64,000 bases of DNA, from the IMG/VR virus record IMGVR_UViG_3300011470_000007; one strand, 5' to 3'. Every line of letters starts with the position of its first letter. Positions within the stretch are counted from its first letter, which is position 1. Made by a program: the position numbers and the translations under genes. This document shows, piece after piece, positions 19,219 to 29,163 of the stretch. The notes beneath the pieces were generated by a model. That model did not search any database and was not told the origin of the DNA. It saw only the letters and a list, made by a program, of their open reading frames with translations. This stretch comes from an uncultured virus (IMG/VR IMGVR_UViG_3300011470_000007) (lineage: Duplodnaviria; Heunggongvirae; Uroviricota; Caudoviricetes).

Positions 19219-20319
19219 ATGAAACTATCCGCCTTATCCCTTGCCCTAAGCCAAACAGGTGTACCAGCCAATCATTTTTTGATTTTCCCTGAAGGTGATG
19301 CGGTCAAAGCCAAAGACGGCAGACCATTTGACGCGCCTGCTTGGATTATGAAGAAAGATAATGGCATGGCATTGGCGGCATCGCTTAATCAATCTGCCAA
19401 AGATTTGGTGATTGATTATGAACACCAAACTATCTTGTCAAAAGAAAATGGTCAGCCTGCACCTGCGGCAGGTTGGCTAAAGGCTGGCAGTTTTTTGTAT
19501 GTCGATGGTGTGGGCTTGTGTAGCAATAACTATGAGTTCACTGCTAAAGCCAAAGACTACATCGACAATGGCGAATACCGCTTTAAGTCGCCTGTGGTTT
19601 TGTACAACAAAGCTGGCGTAGTGCTAGGACTACATAGTGTAGCGATTACCAATGACCCTGCATTATCTATCCTTGATGAATTAAAGCCTGCACTCCTGAC
19701 CGCAGCTATCACCATTCCACAAACCAAACCTCAACAACAGGAAAACAGCATGAATCCATTGTTAGCTTTAATTTTAGCCAGTCTTGGCTTACCCGAAACC
19801 ACCACCGAAGCGGACGCAATCGCTGCGTTAAATCAGCAATTTGTGACTATCAAAGACAAAGCAACTGCTAAGGGTATGACGTTAGATGATGGCAAAATCT
19901 TAGCCAGTCTAACAACTGAAATTGATAAGGTCGATGAAAAATTTGCAACTGCTCAAGCACAAGAACCAGACCCAGCCAAATATGTACCGATTGAAGTGGT
20001 TAATGCCTTAAATGAGCAAATCGCCCAATTACAAGGCAATCAAAAAGACCCTGCCCAAGAAGTGGTACAAGAAGCATTAAGCAACGGACAATTACTTCCT
20101 GCTCAACAAAACTGGGCGATGCTGTATGCCCAAAAAGACCTACAAGGTTTTAAAGACTATTTAAGCCGCCAACCAAAAATCGCTGCACTGACCCAAAGCC
20201 AAACCGCAGGTAAACCAGTCTCAACTGCCACCACAACAGTTGCCTTGACTGCTGATGTCAAACTGGTAGCGGCACAATTGGGTGTTGATGCCAAAGACCT
20301 AGCAAGTTCAATGGCGTAA
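19219..20319 (+). CDS. Prohead protease/scaffold (Mu gpI/Z-like)
   Basis: VIDYEHQT, APAAGW, EYRFKSPV, VAITNDPAL. Confidence 0.92.
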   Translation: MKLSALSLALSQTGVPANHFLIFPEGDAVKAKDGRPFDAPAWIMKKDNGMALAASLNQSAKDLVIDYEHQTILSKENGQPAPAAGWLKAGSFLYVDGVGLCSNNYEFTAKAKDYIDNGEYRFKSPVVLYNKAGVVLGLHSVAITNDPALSILDELKPALLTAAITIPQTKPQQQENSMNPLLALILASLGLPETTTEADAIAALNQQFVTIKDKATAKGMTLDDGKILASLTTEIDKVDEKFATAQAQEPDPAKYVPIEVVNALNEQIAQLQGNQKDPAQEVVQEALSNGQLLPAQQNWAMLYAQKDLQGFKDYLSRQPKIAALTQSQTAGKPVSTATTTVALTADVKLVAAQLGVDAKDLASSMA

Positions 20320-20356
20320 ACCGTCATCCCCTCTCATAACTTTTTAAGGAAAAATC

Positions 20357-20770
20357 ATGAAACAGACCCCTTACCGTGACGGTATTCGCATCCCCATGTT
20401 GGTGGGTGCTGCTGTCGCTATCACTGAAAGCCAAATGGTCGCCACCAACTCAAAAGGCTTTGCTGTGCCTGCCCATGATGCGACTGCCAAACTGTTTTTT
20501 GGTCGTGCTGAGCATGATGTTGACAACACGCAAGGCGCAGACGGTGCGGCTTATATCGCGGTGACGCGTAACCGTCACTTTATGCTCGCCAATGATGCCG
20601 CTGCTCCGCTGACTCAAGCAGATATCGGTAAGCCTGTGGCTATCACAGGCGATGGTACAGTGGGTAAAGCCACGCAAGGTAAACTCATTGCAGGTACGAT
20701 GATGGGGCTGGATGGTGGCACACACGTTTGGGTAGAAGTGATGGGTACACCGACGGGTGTGATGGCTTAA
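20357..20770 (+). CDS. Capsid cement/decoration-like protein
   Basis: Between protease and capsid; DNTQGADGA...VWVEV. Confidence 0.65.
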   Translation: MKQTPYRDGIRIPMLVGAAVAITESQMVATNSKGFAVPAHDATAKLFFGRAEHDVDNTQGADGAAYIAVTRNRHFMLANDAAAPLTQADIGKPVAITGDGTVGKATQGKLIAGTMMGLDGGTHVWVEVMGTPTGVMA

Positions 20771-20806
20771 TTCGTAAATATTGACATAATCTAAGAGAAT
20801 AAATTT

Positions 20807-21724
20807 ATGCAACTAACTCGTGAAAATCTACAAGCCATTGCCGCTGGTCTGAACATGACCTTTAACACGGCATTCAAAGAAACCGAAACCCAATGGCAAA
20901 AACTGGCGATGAAAGTGTCATCTGGTTCTGCCCAAAACACTTATGCATGGCTGGGTAAATTTCCCAAGATGCGTGAGTGGATTGGTGACAAAGTCATCCA
21001 TAAACTCGAAGCCCAAGGCTATACCATCCCCAACAAATCGTATGAATCCACCGTTGAAGTGCTGCGTGATGACATCGAAGATGACAATATCGGTCAATAC
21101 TCAAACATGGTGCAACAAGCCACTTGGTCAGGTGCACAGCTACCTGATGAAATGGTCGCAGCTCTGCTCAATGATGGCGATACCAACCTGTGCTATGACG
21201 GTAAGCCTTTCTTTAGTTCTGATCACCCTGTGACTGTCAGCGGTAAAGCGGGCAAAGCCAGTAACCTCGGTACAGCTAAATTATCTGTTGCCAGTCGTGC
21301 GGCAGCGGAAGCTAGCTATGGTAAAGCCCGTACCGCCATGCGTAGCCTAAAAGATGAAGATGGTCGGGGCTTAAAAGTACGCCCAACCGTGCTTGTCGTG
21401 CCCCCTGCTCAAGAAGACGTGGCTAAAACGCTGCTCACTGCGGACAAATTTGATGATAACAGCATCAACATCTACAAAGGTACGGCTGAACTGGTCGTGT
21501 TAGATGACCTTGAGGATGACAAAGCTTGGTACTTACTTGACCAGCATATGCCTGTCAAACCACTTATCATCCAAGAGCGTAAAAAGCTAGTGTTTGTGCA
21601 GCAAACCGATATCAATAGCCCAGATGTATTCAGCCGTGGTGTCTATAAATTTGGTATCGAAGCGCGTTATGGTGCTGGCTACTCATTCTGGCAGTTGGCT
21701 TATAAATCAACAGGCACAGCGTAA
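20807..21724 (+). CDS. Major capsid protein (Mu gpT-like)
   Basis: YAWLGKFPKMREWIG, DIEDDNIG, CYDGKPFF..DHP. Confidence 0.95.
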   Translation: MQLTRENLQAIAAGLNMTFNTAFKETETQWQKLAMKVSSGSAQNTYAWLGKFPKMREWIGDKVIHKLEAQGYTIPNKSYESTVEVLRDDIEDDNIGQYSNMVQQATWSGAQLPDEMVAALLNDGDTNLCYDGKPFFSSDHPVTVSGKAGKASNLGTAKLSVASRAAAEASYGKARTAMRSLKDEDGRGLKVRPTVLVVPPAQEDVAKTLLTADKFDDNSINIYKGTAELVVLDDLEDDKAWYLLDQHMPVKPLIIQERKKLVFVQQTDINSPDVFSRGVYKFGIEARYGAGYSFWQLAYKSTGTA

Positions 21725-21734
21725 CGAGTAGCCC

Positions 21735-22169
21735 ATGACCACTACCTACGCCACCATCGCTGCCATGATTACCCGTTTTGGGGTGCAAGACTTGACCGAA
21801 ATCACGGACAACGAACCACCCTACACGGGACAAATCAATGAAATCAAACTGCAAGCAGCAATTGACAGTGCCAATGCGGAAGTAGATGCGTATCTTGCTA
21901 AGCAAATGAGCGTACCGACGGTTTTGCAATCACCTTTTGTGCAGATGATGGCGTGCGACATCGCTCGCTATCATGTGGTGCTAGGGGCGAGTCGTGTCAG
22001 TGAGCGTGACGAAAAACGCTATCAACTGGCGGTTGGCAACCTAAAACAGGTCAATGATGGCAAAATCGGTATTGGGGCAAGCACCACCGCTACCAATGCT
22101 ATAGCAGCGACTAACTTGGCACAGATGACCAATGGTCGCCCCACGGTTTTTGGTAATGGGGGTTGGTAA
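21735..22169 (+). CDS. Head-tail adaptor (Mu gp36, DUF1320)
   Basis: YAT...RFG, EVDAYL, CDIARY. Confidence 0.88.
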   Translation: MTTTYATIAAMITRFGVQDLTEITDNEPPYTGQINEIKLQAAIDSANAEVDAYLAKQMSVPTVLQSPFVQMMACDIARYHVVLGASRVSERDEKRYQLAVGNLKQVNDGKIGIGASTTATNAIAATNLAQMTNGRPTVFGNGGW

Positions 22170-22780
22170 TGGCTACGCCTATTCTCACAGCGATTGAGCA
22201 AGGTATCAAAGACACGATTAAGGCTTATTATGACGTACACGGTCATAACGTGCGTCAGATTAAATCCTATGGTGGCGACTTTGATATGCAAAATCCTGAT
22301 GAGTTTGCCCAAGTCGTCAGTCAATTCCCTGCTATTTGGGTGACATTCAAGCAAGCCAAACCCCCAGTCAAAATCACCAACCGCTGCAAGGCTCGTGAGT
22401 ATGTATTTACTGTGCTTGTGGGTGCAAGCTCACAACGGGTGGAGGAGACGGCGCGGCAAGGGGCATTTGATAAAACTGGCAAAATGCTATCTGTGGGGAG
22501 TTATCAGCTTATTAGCGATGTAGAGCAAGCGTTAGAGCGTAGTCGACTGGGGTTACCAATTGAACCGCTAGAAGATGGATCAATCACTACCCTATTTAAC
22601 ACTCGCACCCAAAACGAAACCGTCAGCGTGCTAGCGTATGACTGGATTGTGACGGCAACGACATCGAGCGCGGCAGATGAAATAGATGAGCCGTGGCTAG
22701 ATGTGGTGGCGATAGATTATATCTTGGATGAAGCACACGGCTATCAAGCGATAGCCAGTGATATCAACAACTTAACTTAG
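22169..22780 (+). CDS. Tail terminator-like protein (Mu gp37, DUF1834)
   Basis: SYGGDFD, FPAIWVTF; synteny. Confidence 0.8.
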   Translation: MATPILTAIEQGIKDTIKAYYDVHGHNVRQIKSYGGDFDMQNPDEFAQVVSQFPAIWVTFKQAKPPVKITNRCKAREYVFTVLVGASSQRVEETARQGAFDKTGKMLSVGSYQLISDVEQALERSRLGLPIEPLEDGSITTLFNTRTQNETVSVLAYDWIVTATTSSAADEIDEPWLDVVAIDYILDEAHGYQAIASDINNLT

Positions 22781-22789
22781 AAGGATAAT

Positions 22790-23053
22790 GTGATGAGCAT
22801 TGGAAAAGTCCGCACCCCAGGTACTTATACTGAGATTAATACCAACACGCAGCGCACTGGATTGGCAGGTCAAAATCATAAAATTGTGATTGTCACTAAT
22901 GATGTGCCGCCATCGCCAATTACAACACCAGTTGCCATTTATGACAAGACCACTGCTAACAGTAAATTCGGATTAAATAGTGAAGCTGGTCGCATGATTG
23001 ATGCGATGGTGCAACTCTCGCAGGGGGTCAATGTTGAAGGGTTGGGAAAGTAG
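22790..23053 (+). CDS. Tail sheath N-terminal fragment (Mu gpL-like), ends at slippery site
   Basis: VRTPGTYTEINT and FGLNSEAGRM resemble the Mu-type sheath N-terminus; ends G GGA AAG TAG. Confidence 0.75.
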   Translation: MMSIGKVRTPGTYTEINTNTQRTGLAGQNHKIVIVTNDVPPSPITTPVAIYDKTTANSKFGLNSEAGRMIDAMVQLSQGVNVEGLGK

Positions 23054-23469
23054 CTGAGCCTGTCCATACTCTGTATGCCAGCCTTCTTTATCCAACGTTG
23101 ATTGCAAAAGAAGACGCGTATCAGCCGACAGTTAAGCCACTAGATATCACACTTAAAGATATTTTAAAGCAAGGCTATGGTGAAGACGCTTATCAGCCGA
23201 CAGTTAAGCCTCTTGATATCACCATGCGCGATATTGTGTTAAGTAAACAGATTGACGACAAAGACGCTTATCAGCCTACAGTGAAACCACTAGATATCAC
23301 GCTTAAATCAATCGTTAAAAGTGGGAATGTTGATGATAAAGACGCTTATCAACCAACGGTTAAACCGTTAGATATCACGTTAAAACGGGTGGTTGTCAGT
23401 AGCAATGTTGATGGCGATGCGTATCAACCAACAATTAAACCATTAGATATCACATTAAAAACAGTTTAA
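23044..23469 (+). CDS. Repeat domain (5x DAYQPTVKPLDITL), predicted -1 frameshift extension of sheath N-fragment
   Basis: -1 frame open from GGGAAAG; no RBS of its own; homologous to 51340-51762. Confidence 0.8.
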   Translation, partial: GKVAEPVHTLYASLLYPTLIAKEDAYQPTVKPLDITLKDILKQGYGEDAYQPTVKPLDITMRDIVLSKQIDDKDAYQPTVKPLDITLKSIVKSGNVDDKDAYQPTVKPLDITLKRVVVSSNVDGDAYQPTIKPLDITLKTV

Positions 23470-23478
23470 GGACATTTT

Positions 23479-24466
23479 ATGCAAGCAAATATGGGTATGG
23501 CAGGTGAGTTTCGCTGTGTGGTGAAACGAGCCGATGGAAGCGTTAAGACAGATACTGGCTATCAAAAAAATCTGATTTTAAATCAAGGTTTAGATTTTTT
23601 TGGTGGTGGTAATGGTTTAGACATGATGGCGTATTGCGTCATTGGCAGCGGCAATAGCCAACCAAGTTATACACAAAATAAATTAGACACTGCTATCACA
23701 GGGGTTAGTGGTAATAATTTTTCAACTAAACATGACTATGATGCGGCACGAGACGGTAGTCTATACAAAACAAATAGAGTGTGTAAGTACTCCTTTACGG
23801 GACTAAATAATGTCAATGTTAGCGAATTAGGTTTGGCGTCTACTTATAGTAATGCGACTACTTATTTTCTTTGTACTCGTGCATTAATTAAAGACAGTAG
23901 TGGCAACCCAACAACTATCACCGTATTAAGTGGGGAAATTTTAGAAATTTATTACAAGCTATGGGCAGTTTTTGATACCACTGATAAGATTGGTACACTC
24001 AACCTATTAGATGGAGTAGGTGGCAGTGCAACCTATAATTATACTGTTAGACCAGCAACAGTCGGTGTTAAAGACCCCAGTGTTGGTGGAAATTCCTTTG
24101 CTGATAATATAGGGAAGGTTATAAATTATTTATCCCGCTCACTCGAAAGAGGCTTCTATGTATCATCAAGCAGTATAAGTGCTATTGCCTCTTTACCTTC
24201 TAATTTAGTTTCATATGGTAGTGTTTATGAGAGCAGTTTTCCAGTCACTGGTAGTAGTTATACATCTGNNNNNNNNNNTAACATTAAATTGCCCAGTGGA
24301 TAAATTAAATCAGCAAATAGCCTCACTGTTTTTATATTCCACTTTTGGTTCATGGCAGATATCAATTAAATCAACTAATGATAATTTAGGTATTTCAAAA
24401 ACTTCAGCCCAAACCTTATCAATCCCTATTGAATTTTCATGGGGTCGTTACGAGGGCGCATTGTAA
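23479..24466 (+). CDS. Cassette protein 2 (~331 aa, probable virion/adhesin protein; spans N-gap)
   Basis: Collinear with 51772-52767; the 10 Ns replace 18 nt of that copy. Confidence 0.8.
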
Positions 24467-25062
24467 TGTTGCCGCAAGCCACTGACCTTGCAATCGTTGA
24501 GTCAACGGACAACGACAGCCTACTATCACCCCGTAGTAGAGCTTATCCGCTCACCGAGTCTTGGGAATCAGGTGGTGTTGGTTTATCCGACACCAGTCAA
24601 GGCTTAGTCTCGCATATATGGCGCGCATGGACAGATAGCAAGGCTATTTATATTCAGCGCAGTGATTTGCCAAAAGACACCGCAAAAACGCTGTTAGCAG
24701 CGCCCAACATCACCGAGCTTGACTTAACCTTTGACCAAAGTATGCGACCAGTTTTGACTTATGTATCAGGCGGTATCGCAAAACTGTACTGGTACGATAC
24801 GGTGAGTCAATCTCAAACCATCACCGACTTTCCAAATGTACAAAATCCACGTGTGTCGTTAGACGATAAGCGCGCTTTTAACACCGCCAATTCTGATGTG
24901 ATTTTTGCGTATATCAACAATGACCAACTTTGCTGTCGCTATCAACGTGAGCGTTACGGCATCGAGCATGTATTACACCAATTACCACCAAAAACCCAGC
25001 TAGTCAAAATCGGTATGGGTACTGCTAACCGTTTTTTGTTTGACACGATGATTCTAAAATAG
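24466..25062 (+). CDS. Cassette protein 3 (198 aa, probable virion protein)
   Basis: TAATG coupling; near-identical to 52767-53363. Confidence 0.8.
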   Translation: MLPQATDLAIVESTDNDSLLSPRSRAYPLTESWESGGVGLSDTSQGLVSHIWRAWTDSKAIYIQRSDLPKDTAKTLLAAPNITELDLTFDQSMRPVLTYVSGGIAKLYWYDTVSQSQTITDFPNVQNPRVSLDDKRAFNTANSDVIFAYINNDQLCCRYQRERYGIEHVLHQLPPKTQLVKIGMGTANRFLFDTMILK

Positions 25063-25071
25063 GAGAAATTA

Positions 25072-25869
25072 GTGACTATCCAAACCATACTACAACCCCT
25101 TGGACACAGCATCATCGCTCTGTCCTACCCCATCACCGATGAAGCGACTGCCAACGCATGGGTTGACCATCTTGACTTTGTCAGCTCGGCGACTGAACAG
25201 CACGATGCTATTTTAATTGTACCATTTAGCGACATCGACCAAGCGACGACGTTTGCACAATTTGCCAAAGTTAAAGCCTCATATCGTGTGGTTACTGTCT
25301 GCTACCACGGTGCGACAGGCTTTGAGCCAGAGATTGCCGCTGGTGTCGCCGCTGCTATCTCAGCAGAGCTAGACCCTGCCGTGCCATTTAATGGCATCAA
25401 ATTGCCAAATCTGCCTGTGGTCACAGCCGATAAGCGTTTGACTCGCACGCGCATTGAGCAAGCGCTCAATAAGGGCGTGGCAGTAATTGGCTTGGATGCA
25501 CAAGATGACCCTGCGATTGTACGCCTGATTAGCACCTACCAAGTGGATGCCAACGGCTCACCTGATGACTTACTGTTAGATATCAATGGGGCATTAGTCC
25601 TACGTTATGTCCGTCAAGATATTCGCACAGCTGTCATGGCAAACCCGCGGCGTAAAAACACCGAGGCAACTCGTAAAGACCTGCGTAGTCTGATGTTGTC
25701 ACGATGTATCAAGCTTGAAACTGCTGAAATTTTGCAAAATGTCACAAATCGACAAAAAGAGTTGACTGTGGTGCAAGACCCCAATGACAAGACGCGTGCC
25801 AATGCGAGAATCCCTGCGGATTGGGTACGTGGTATGCATATTGTCACTGCGACACTCGATGTGTACTAA
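25072..25869 (+). CDS. Tail sheath C-terminal fragment
   Basis: DPAVPFNG, IEQALNKGV, IVRLISTY, LLDIN...LRYVR; own AGGAG RBS; precedes tube. Confidence 0.88.
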   Translation: MTIQTILQPLGHSIIALSYPITDEATANAWVDHLDFVSSATEQHDAILIVPFSDIDQATTFAQFAKVKASYRVVTVCYHGATGFEPEIAAGVAAAISAELDPAVPFNGIKLPNLPVVTADKRLTRTRIEQALNKGVAVIGLDAQDDPAIVRLISTYQVDANGSPDDLLLDINGALVLRYVRQDIRTAVMANPRRKNTEATRKDLRSLMLSRCIKLETAEILQNVTNRQKELTVVQDPNDKTRANARIPADWVRGMHIVTATLDVY

Positions 25870-25995
25870 TCCCCGCGTCCGCAAAATCCTATTTAAAGGA
25901 TTTTGCCTTGCAAGCCTAAAATTGCGGTGCAATTTTTTAACGGCTCTCAGGTACGTGGTATGCATATTGTCACTGCGACACTTGATGTTTACTAA
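25824..25995 (+). repeat. 46-bp direct repeat of sheath 3' end flanking an 80-bp two-hairpin spacer
   Basis: 25824-25869 vs 25950-25995, 2 mismatches. Confidence 0.9.
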
Positions 25996-26016
25996 CCCAT
26001 AAACTAAGGAAAAACC

Positions 26017-26388
26017 ATGAACGATAATCAACTGGTAGGCGCTATCGTACTGTACGTCAATGGGCGTGAGTTTGACTGCAATAGTGTTAGCCCAAAAATC
26101 ATGGCAGGTCGCAAACCTGTGCCATCAATGAATAAAGAAGGACGTGTCCGCAAAAAAACCAAAACTATCAAGTCTATTGGCTTGTCGCTGGAGGTCTTTG
26201 TGGACGAAATGGAAGATTTTGACTGGGAAAGCGTCGAAGACGCGCGTGTTGTGGTAGAGAGTATTGATGGTGGCAAGCGTACTACCTATATTGACTGTAG
26301 TGTCACTGATGTGTCAGAGAGCTATAAAGTTGATGGTGAGGCAACCCGTAGCCTTGAAATGTTTGCATTGAATAAGATTGAGGAATAA
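26017..26388 (+). CDS. Tail tube protein
   Basis: 123 aa, between sheath and chaperone. Confidence 0.75.
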   Translation: MNDNQLVGAIVLYVNGREFDCNSVSPKIMAGRKPVPSMNKEGRVRKKTKTIKSIGLSLEVFVDEMEDFDWESVEDARVVVESIDGGKRTTYIDCSVTDVSESYKVDGEATRSLEMFALNKIEE

Positions 26389-26390
26389 TA

Positions 26391-26917
26391 ATGGCATTAT
26401 CACAACAAACTACCCTACCTATCGGCATTGAGATTGATGGCAAACGTCATAAAAATGTTACTGTCACTACCTTGACGGTGGCTGATAGCTACAAGGCGTT
26501 ATCCAATGCTAAAACTGATGAATTTATCGGATTGCTTGAGCTTGCGCAGATGACGGTGATTGACGACCTAGGTCGCAATCCTACCTATGATGAGCTAGCA
26601 GGAGCAAGTAGGCTCGATGGCGACCATCTTGCCAATGTGCGTTTTGATCTCGAAAAAAAAGAGATGGCACAAGCGAGCGAGTCAGTCTAGTCTTGGCACT
26701 CATGCGTCTGGGTGTCCCCTACACTGACGCATGGAATATGCCTATCTCATTAGCGTTAGAATTTGTGACTGTGGCAACAGAAAGACAGAAATCTAACGCT
26801 AAATCCAACCAAAATAATGCCACCATGCCTCAAGTCGATGTAGCAACATCGGAAACAGGGACAACCAAATTAATCGCTACACGTCGCAAGTCTAAGCAGG
26901 TGAAAGATGAGCAATAA
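26391..26917 (+). CDS. Tail assembly chaperone (26391-26690) and -1 frameshift extension to 26917
   Basis: A8 run at 26653-26660; -1 frame open into 26693-26917; precedes tape measure. Confidence 0.75.
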
Positions 26918-29078
26918 TAACACTGTCAATCTCAATATCCGTCTCACTGGCAATGCAGGGCGTGAACTACAACAGCTGACACAGCAACAAACCCGTGGTG
27001 TACAGCAAATCAATCAAGGTTGGCGACAAGTGAGTACCACGCAAGGTCAGTATGCCCGTGGACTCAATACGGCACGCACCAGTCAAGAGCAAATCAACCG
27101 TCTAACACAGCAAACAACTCAAAGCCTACAGGCTCAAAGGCGACAAAATGAGTTAATGGTACATCTACTCCGTCAAAATGCGGCTAATGCCAGACGGATG
27201 CAAGAGGCGATTAATAATATCAATCTTCGTAGAACGGTTGGCGATGCAGCAAGGCTCAATCAAAATTTAAATCAATCAATTGGCTTGCTCCAAAGAATGG
27301 GGCAAATGGCGAGAAATGGTTTAAATACTGGCACTGCTATTGTCGGGGGTGTTGCTGCTGGTGCGGCTGTGGCTAATACGGCAATTAAGCCAGCTCGCAG
27401 TTATGATGAGCAAATTGCTCGTGCCAATGCTACCGCAACTGCTGGGCAAGGGTTATCAATACAACAACGTCTTGCTAATAAAGCACAGATTGACCGTATT
27501 GTTATGCAGGCATCAAGAGATGGTGGTGCGACACGAGAGCAAGTACTTGAGGCAGCAAATACACTTTTAGCCAGTGGACAGTATGATACTCGCACATTAG
27601 GGCAGATTTTACCTAACACCTCGAAGGTCGCCTTTGCTAGTGGCGCCAATGCTACTGATGCAGCAAGCGTAGCAATGCAACTACAGATGTTTGGTATTAA
27701 AGATATCAAACGTGGACAAGATATGGCGGTGCGTGGCGGCGAGTTAGGTGGTTTTGAGTATAGTGACATGGCGCAATGGTTAAGTCGTCAGTTACCGCTT
27801 GCCAAAAATGCAGGTTATGCGGGGGAAGAGGGTCTCAAACAAATCGTACTCATGAATCAGTTGGCAAGGCGTGGGGCTGGTACGGCTGATGAGGCTGGGA
27901 ACAATGTGGTCAATTTACTCGCAAAGCTTAGTACCAAAGAGTTTGCTGATGCCATCGGTGATAATATCGATATTCGACAAGGGGATGCTACTAGACTAAA
28001 AGGCAAAGGTAAGAAAAAAACCGAAGTGTTTGACTGGGAGACTTATGCCCTTAGTGAACGAGCCAAAGGCGTGAACAAACTTGATGCCTTTATGAAGCTC
28101 CTTGATCGTGAAATGGCAAATAATGGCAAGTACCAAAAACTCAAATCCGATGCCCAATCTGCCAAAACACCTCAAGATGCTGCCATGAAATTTGCTGCAA
28201 TGGCGGATATGTTACAGGGTACCAAAGTCGGTAATATCTTAGTTGATCGCCAAGCTTTGCAAGCCGCATTGGCTTATCGTAACGGCAGCAGTGATAAGGA
28301 ACGCATTTTAAATGGCTTAAATGGTGCTGATGGTACAGTTGACGGATTGCATAAATTATTCTCTGGCGATGAATGGGCAAATTATCAAACTCGTCAAAAT
28401 GAGCAGATGAATATTAACTATCAAGCCTATCTCAATGTGAATGGTGCGTTAAATACCTTTAATACTGAAATGTCTGGATTTATGGAAAAGCATAGTGGGC
28501 TAGCCACCGCTGCCTATAGTGCCAGTGTTGCATTGGGCGTAGTAGCAGCTGCATCAATGGCAGGTAGTTTGCTTGGTAAGCTTGGCGGTGGCGCAGCAGC
28601 TGGCGGTATCGCTGGTACGGTGGCAAGTCGTGCAGGTGGCGGACTTAGTGGCTTAGTCACGGCAGGTCGTGTCCCTGTGGCTTCAGCAGGTGCAGGTGGT
28701 GTAGCAGGTGCGGTTGTGATTGGTGCGGCAGGTGGCTATGCGATTGGTACGCTAGTGTCAAAAGCTATTGAAGGTACAAAAGCAGGTGATTGGGTTGGTG
28801 AGAAAGTTACGCAATTATGGGCTGGTTTGGGTAGTGAGGAAGCCCAACATGCCTTAGAAGCTCAACAAAAATACGACCAAATGATTCAAGAGCAACAGCA
28901 AACTCGCCTAGCAATTCAACAGACTACCAATGCGATTAAGTCGATTGATTTTAGCCAAAATATCGTGCAGAACATTACCAATCCACAGCCTAATGTCCCA
29001 TTTTTTAACATCCCTGCCCCTACTCGCCCAGTTGCGGATTTGAAGCGGGGGGCGGTTATACCACTTTGGCTAAAGTAG
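26907..29078 (+). CDS. Tape measure protein
   Basis: Ala/Gln-rich 723 aa; GGFEYSDMA, DEAGNNVVNLLAK. Confidence 0.9.
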   Translation: MSNNNTVNLNIRLTGNAGRELQQLTQQQTRGVQQINQGWRQVSTTQGQYARGLNTARTSQEQINRLTQQTTQSLQAQRRQNELMVHLLRQNAANARRMQEAINNINLRRTVGDAARLNQNLNQSIGLLQRMGQMARNGLNTGTAIVGGVAAGAAVANTAIKPARSYDEQIARANATATAGQGLSIQQRLANKAQIDRIVMQASRDGGATREQVLEAANTLLASGQYDTRTLGQILPNTSKVAFASGANATDAASVAMQLQMFGIKDIKRGQDMAVRGGELGGFEYSDMAQWLSRQLPLAKNAGYAGEEGLKQIVLMNQLARRGAGTADEAGNNVVNLLAKLSTKEFADAIGDNIDIRQGDATRLKGKGKKKTEVFDWETYALSERAKGVNKLDAFMKLLDREMANNGKYQKLKSDAQSAKTPQDAAMKFAAMADMLQGTKVGNILVDRQALQAALAYRNGSSDKERILNGLNGADGTVDGLHKLFSGDEWANYQTRQNEQMNINYQAYLNVNGALNTFNTEMSGFMEKHSGLATAAYSASVALGVVAAASMAGSLLGKLGGGAAAGGIAGTVASRAGGGLSGLVTAGRVPVASAGAGGVAGAVVIGAAGGYAIGTLVSKAIEGTKAGDWVGEKVTQLWAGLGSEEAQHALEAQQKYDQMIQEQQQTRLAIQQTTNAIKSIDFSQNIVQNITNPQPNVPFFNIPAPTRPVADLKRGAVIPLWLK

Positions 29079-29085
29079 TTTAATA

Positions 29086-29130
29086 TCGGAAACTTGCCAC
29101 CTAACTATCAAACTCAAAACCTGTCAATCT
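29086..29130 (+). promoter_or_regulatory. Late promoter 4
   Basis: TCGGAAactTGCCAC, 24 nt, CAATCT; upstream of baseplate operon. Confidence 0.7.
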
Positions 29131-29163
29131 AGCAACATTGGCAGGTTTTTTATTGAGATAAGC

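Noticed and set aside
23110..23460. Regularly spaced ~40-nt DNA repeats (also 51405-51755) resembling a CRISPR array
   Set aside because: The repeats are in frame, vary mainly at synonymous positions and encode a peptide repeat; no cas genes are present
24215..24466. Apparent frameshift/pseudogene in Mu cassette gene 2
   Set aside because: Caused by a 10-N gap replacing 18 nt; restoring them gives 996 nt, the same as the P2 copy
23054..25071. Intron or insertion sequence interrupting the sheath gene
   Set aside because: No RT, homing endonuclease, transposase, terminal repeats or target duplication; the C-halves have their own RBS
25824..25995. Diversity-generating retroelement TR/VR pair
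   Set aside because: Mismatches are not at adenines, the repeat is short, and there is no reverse transcriptase in the window
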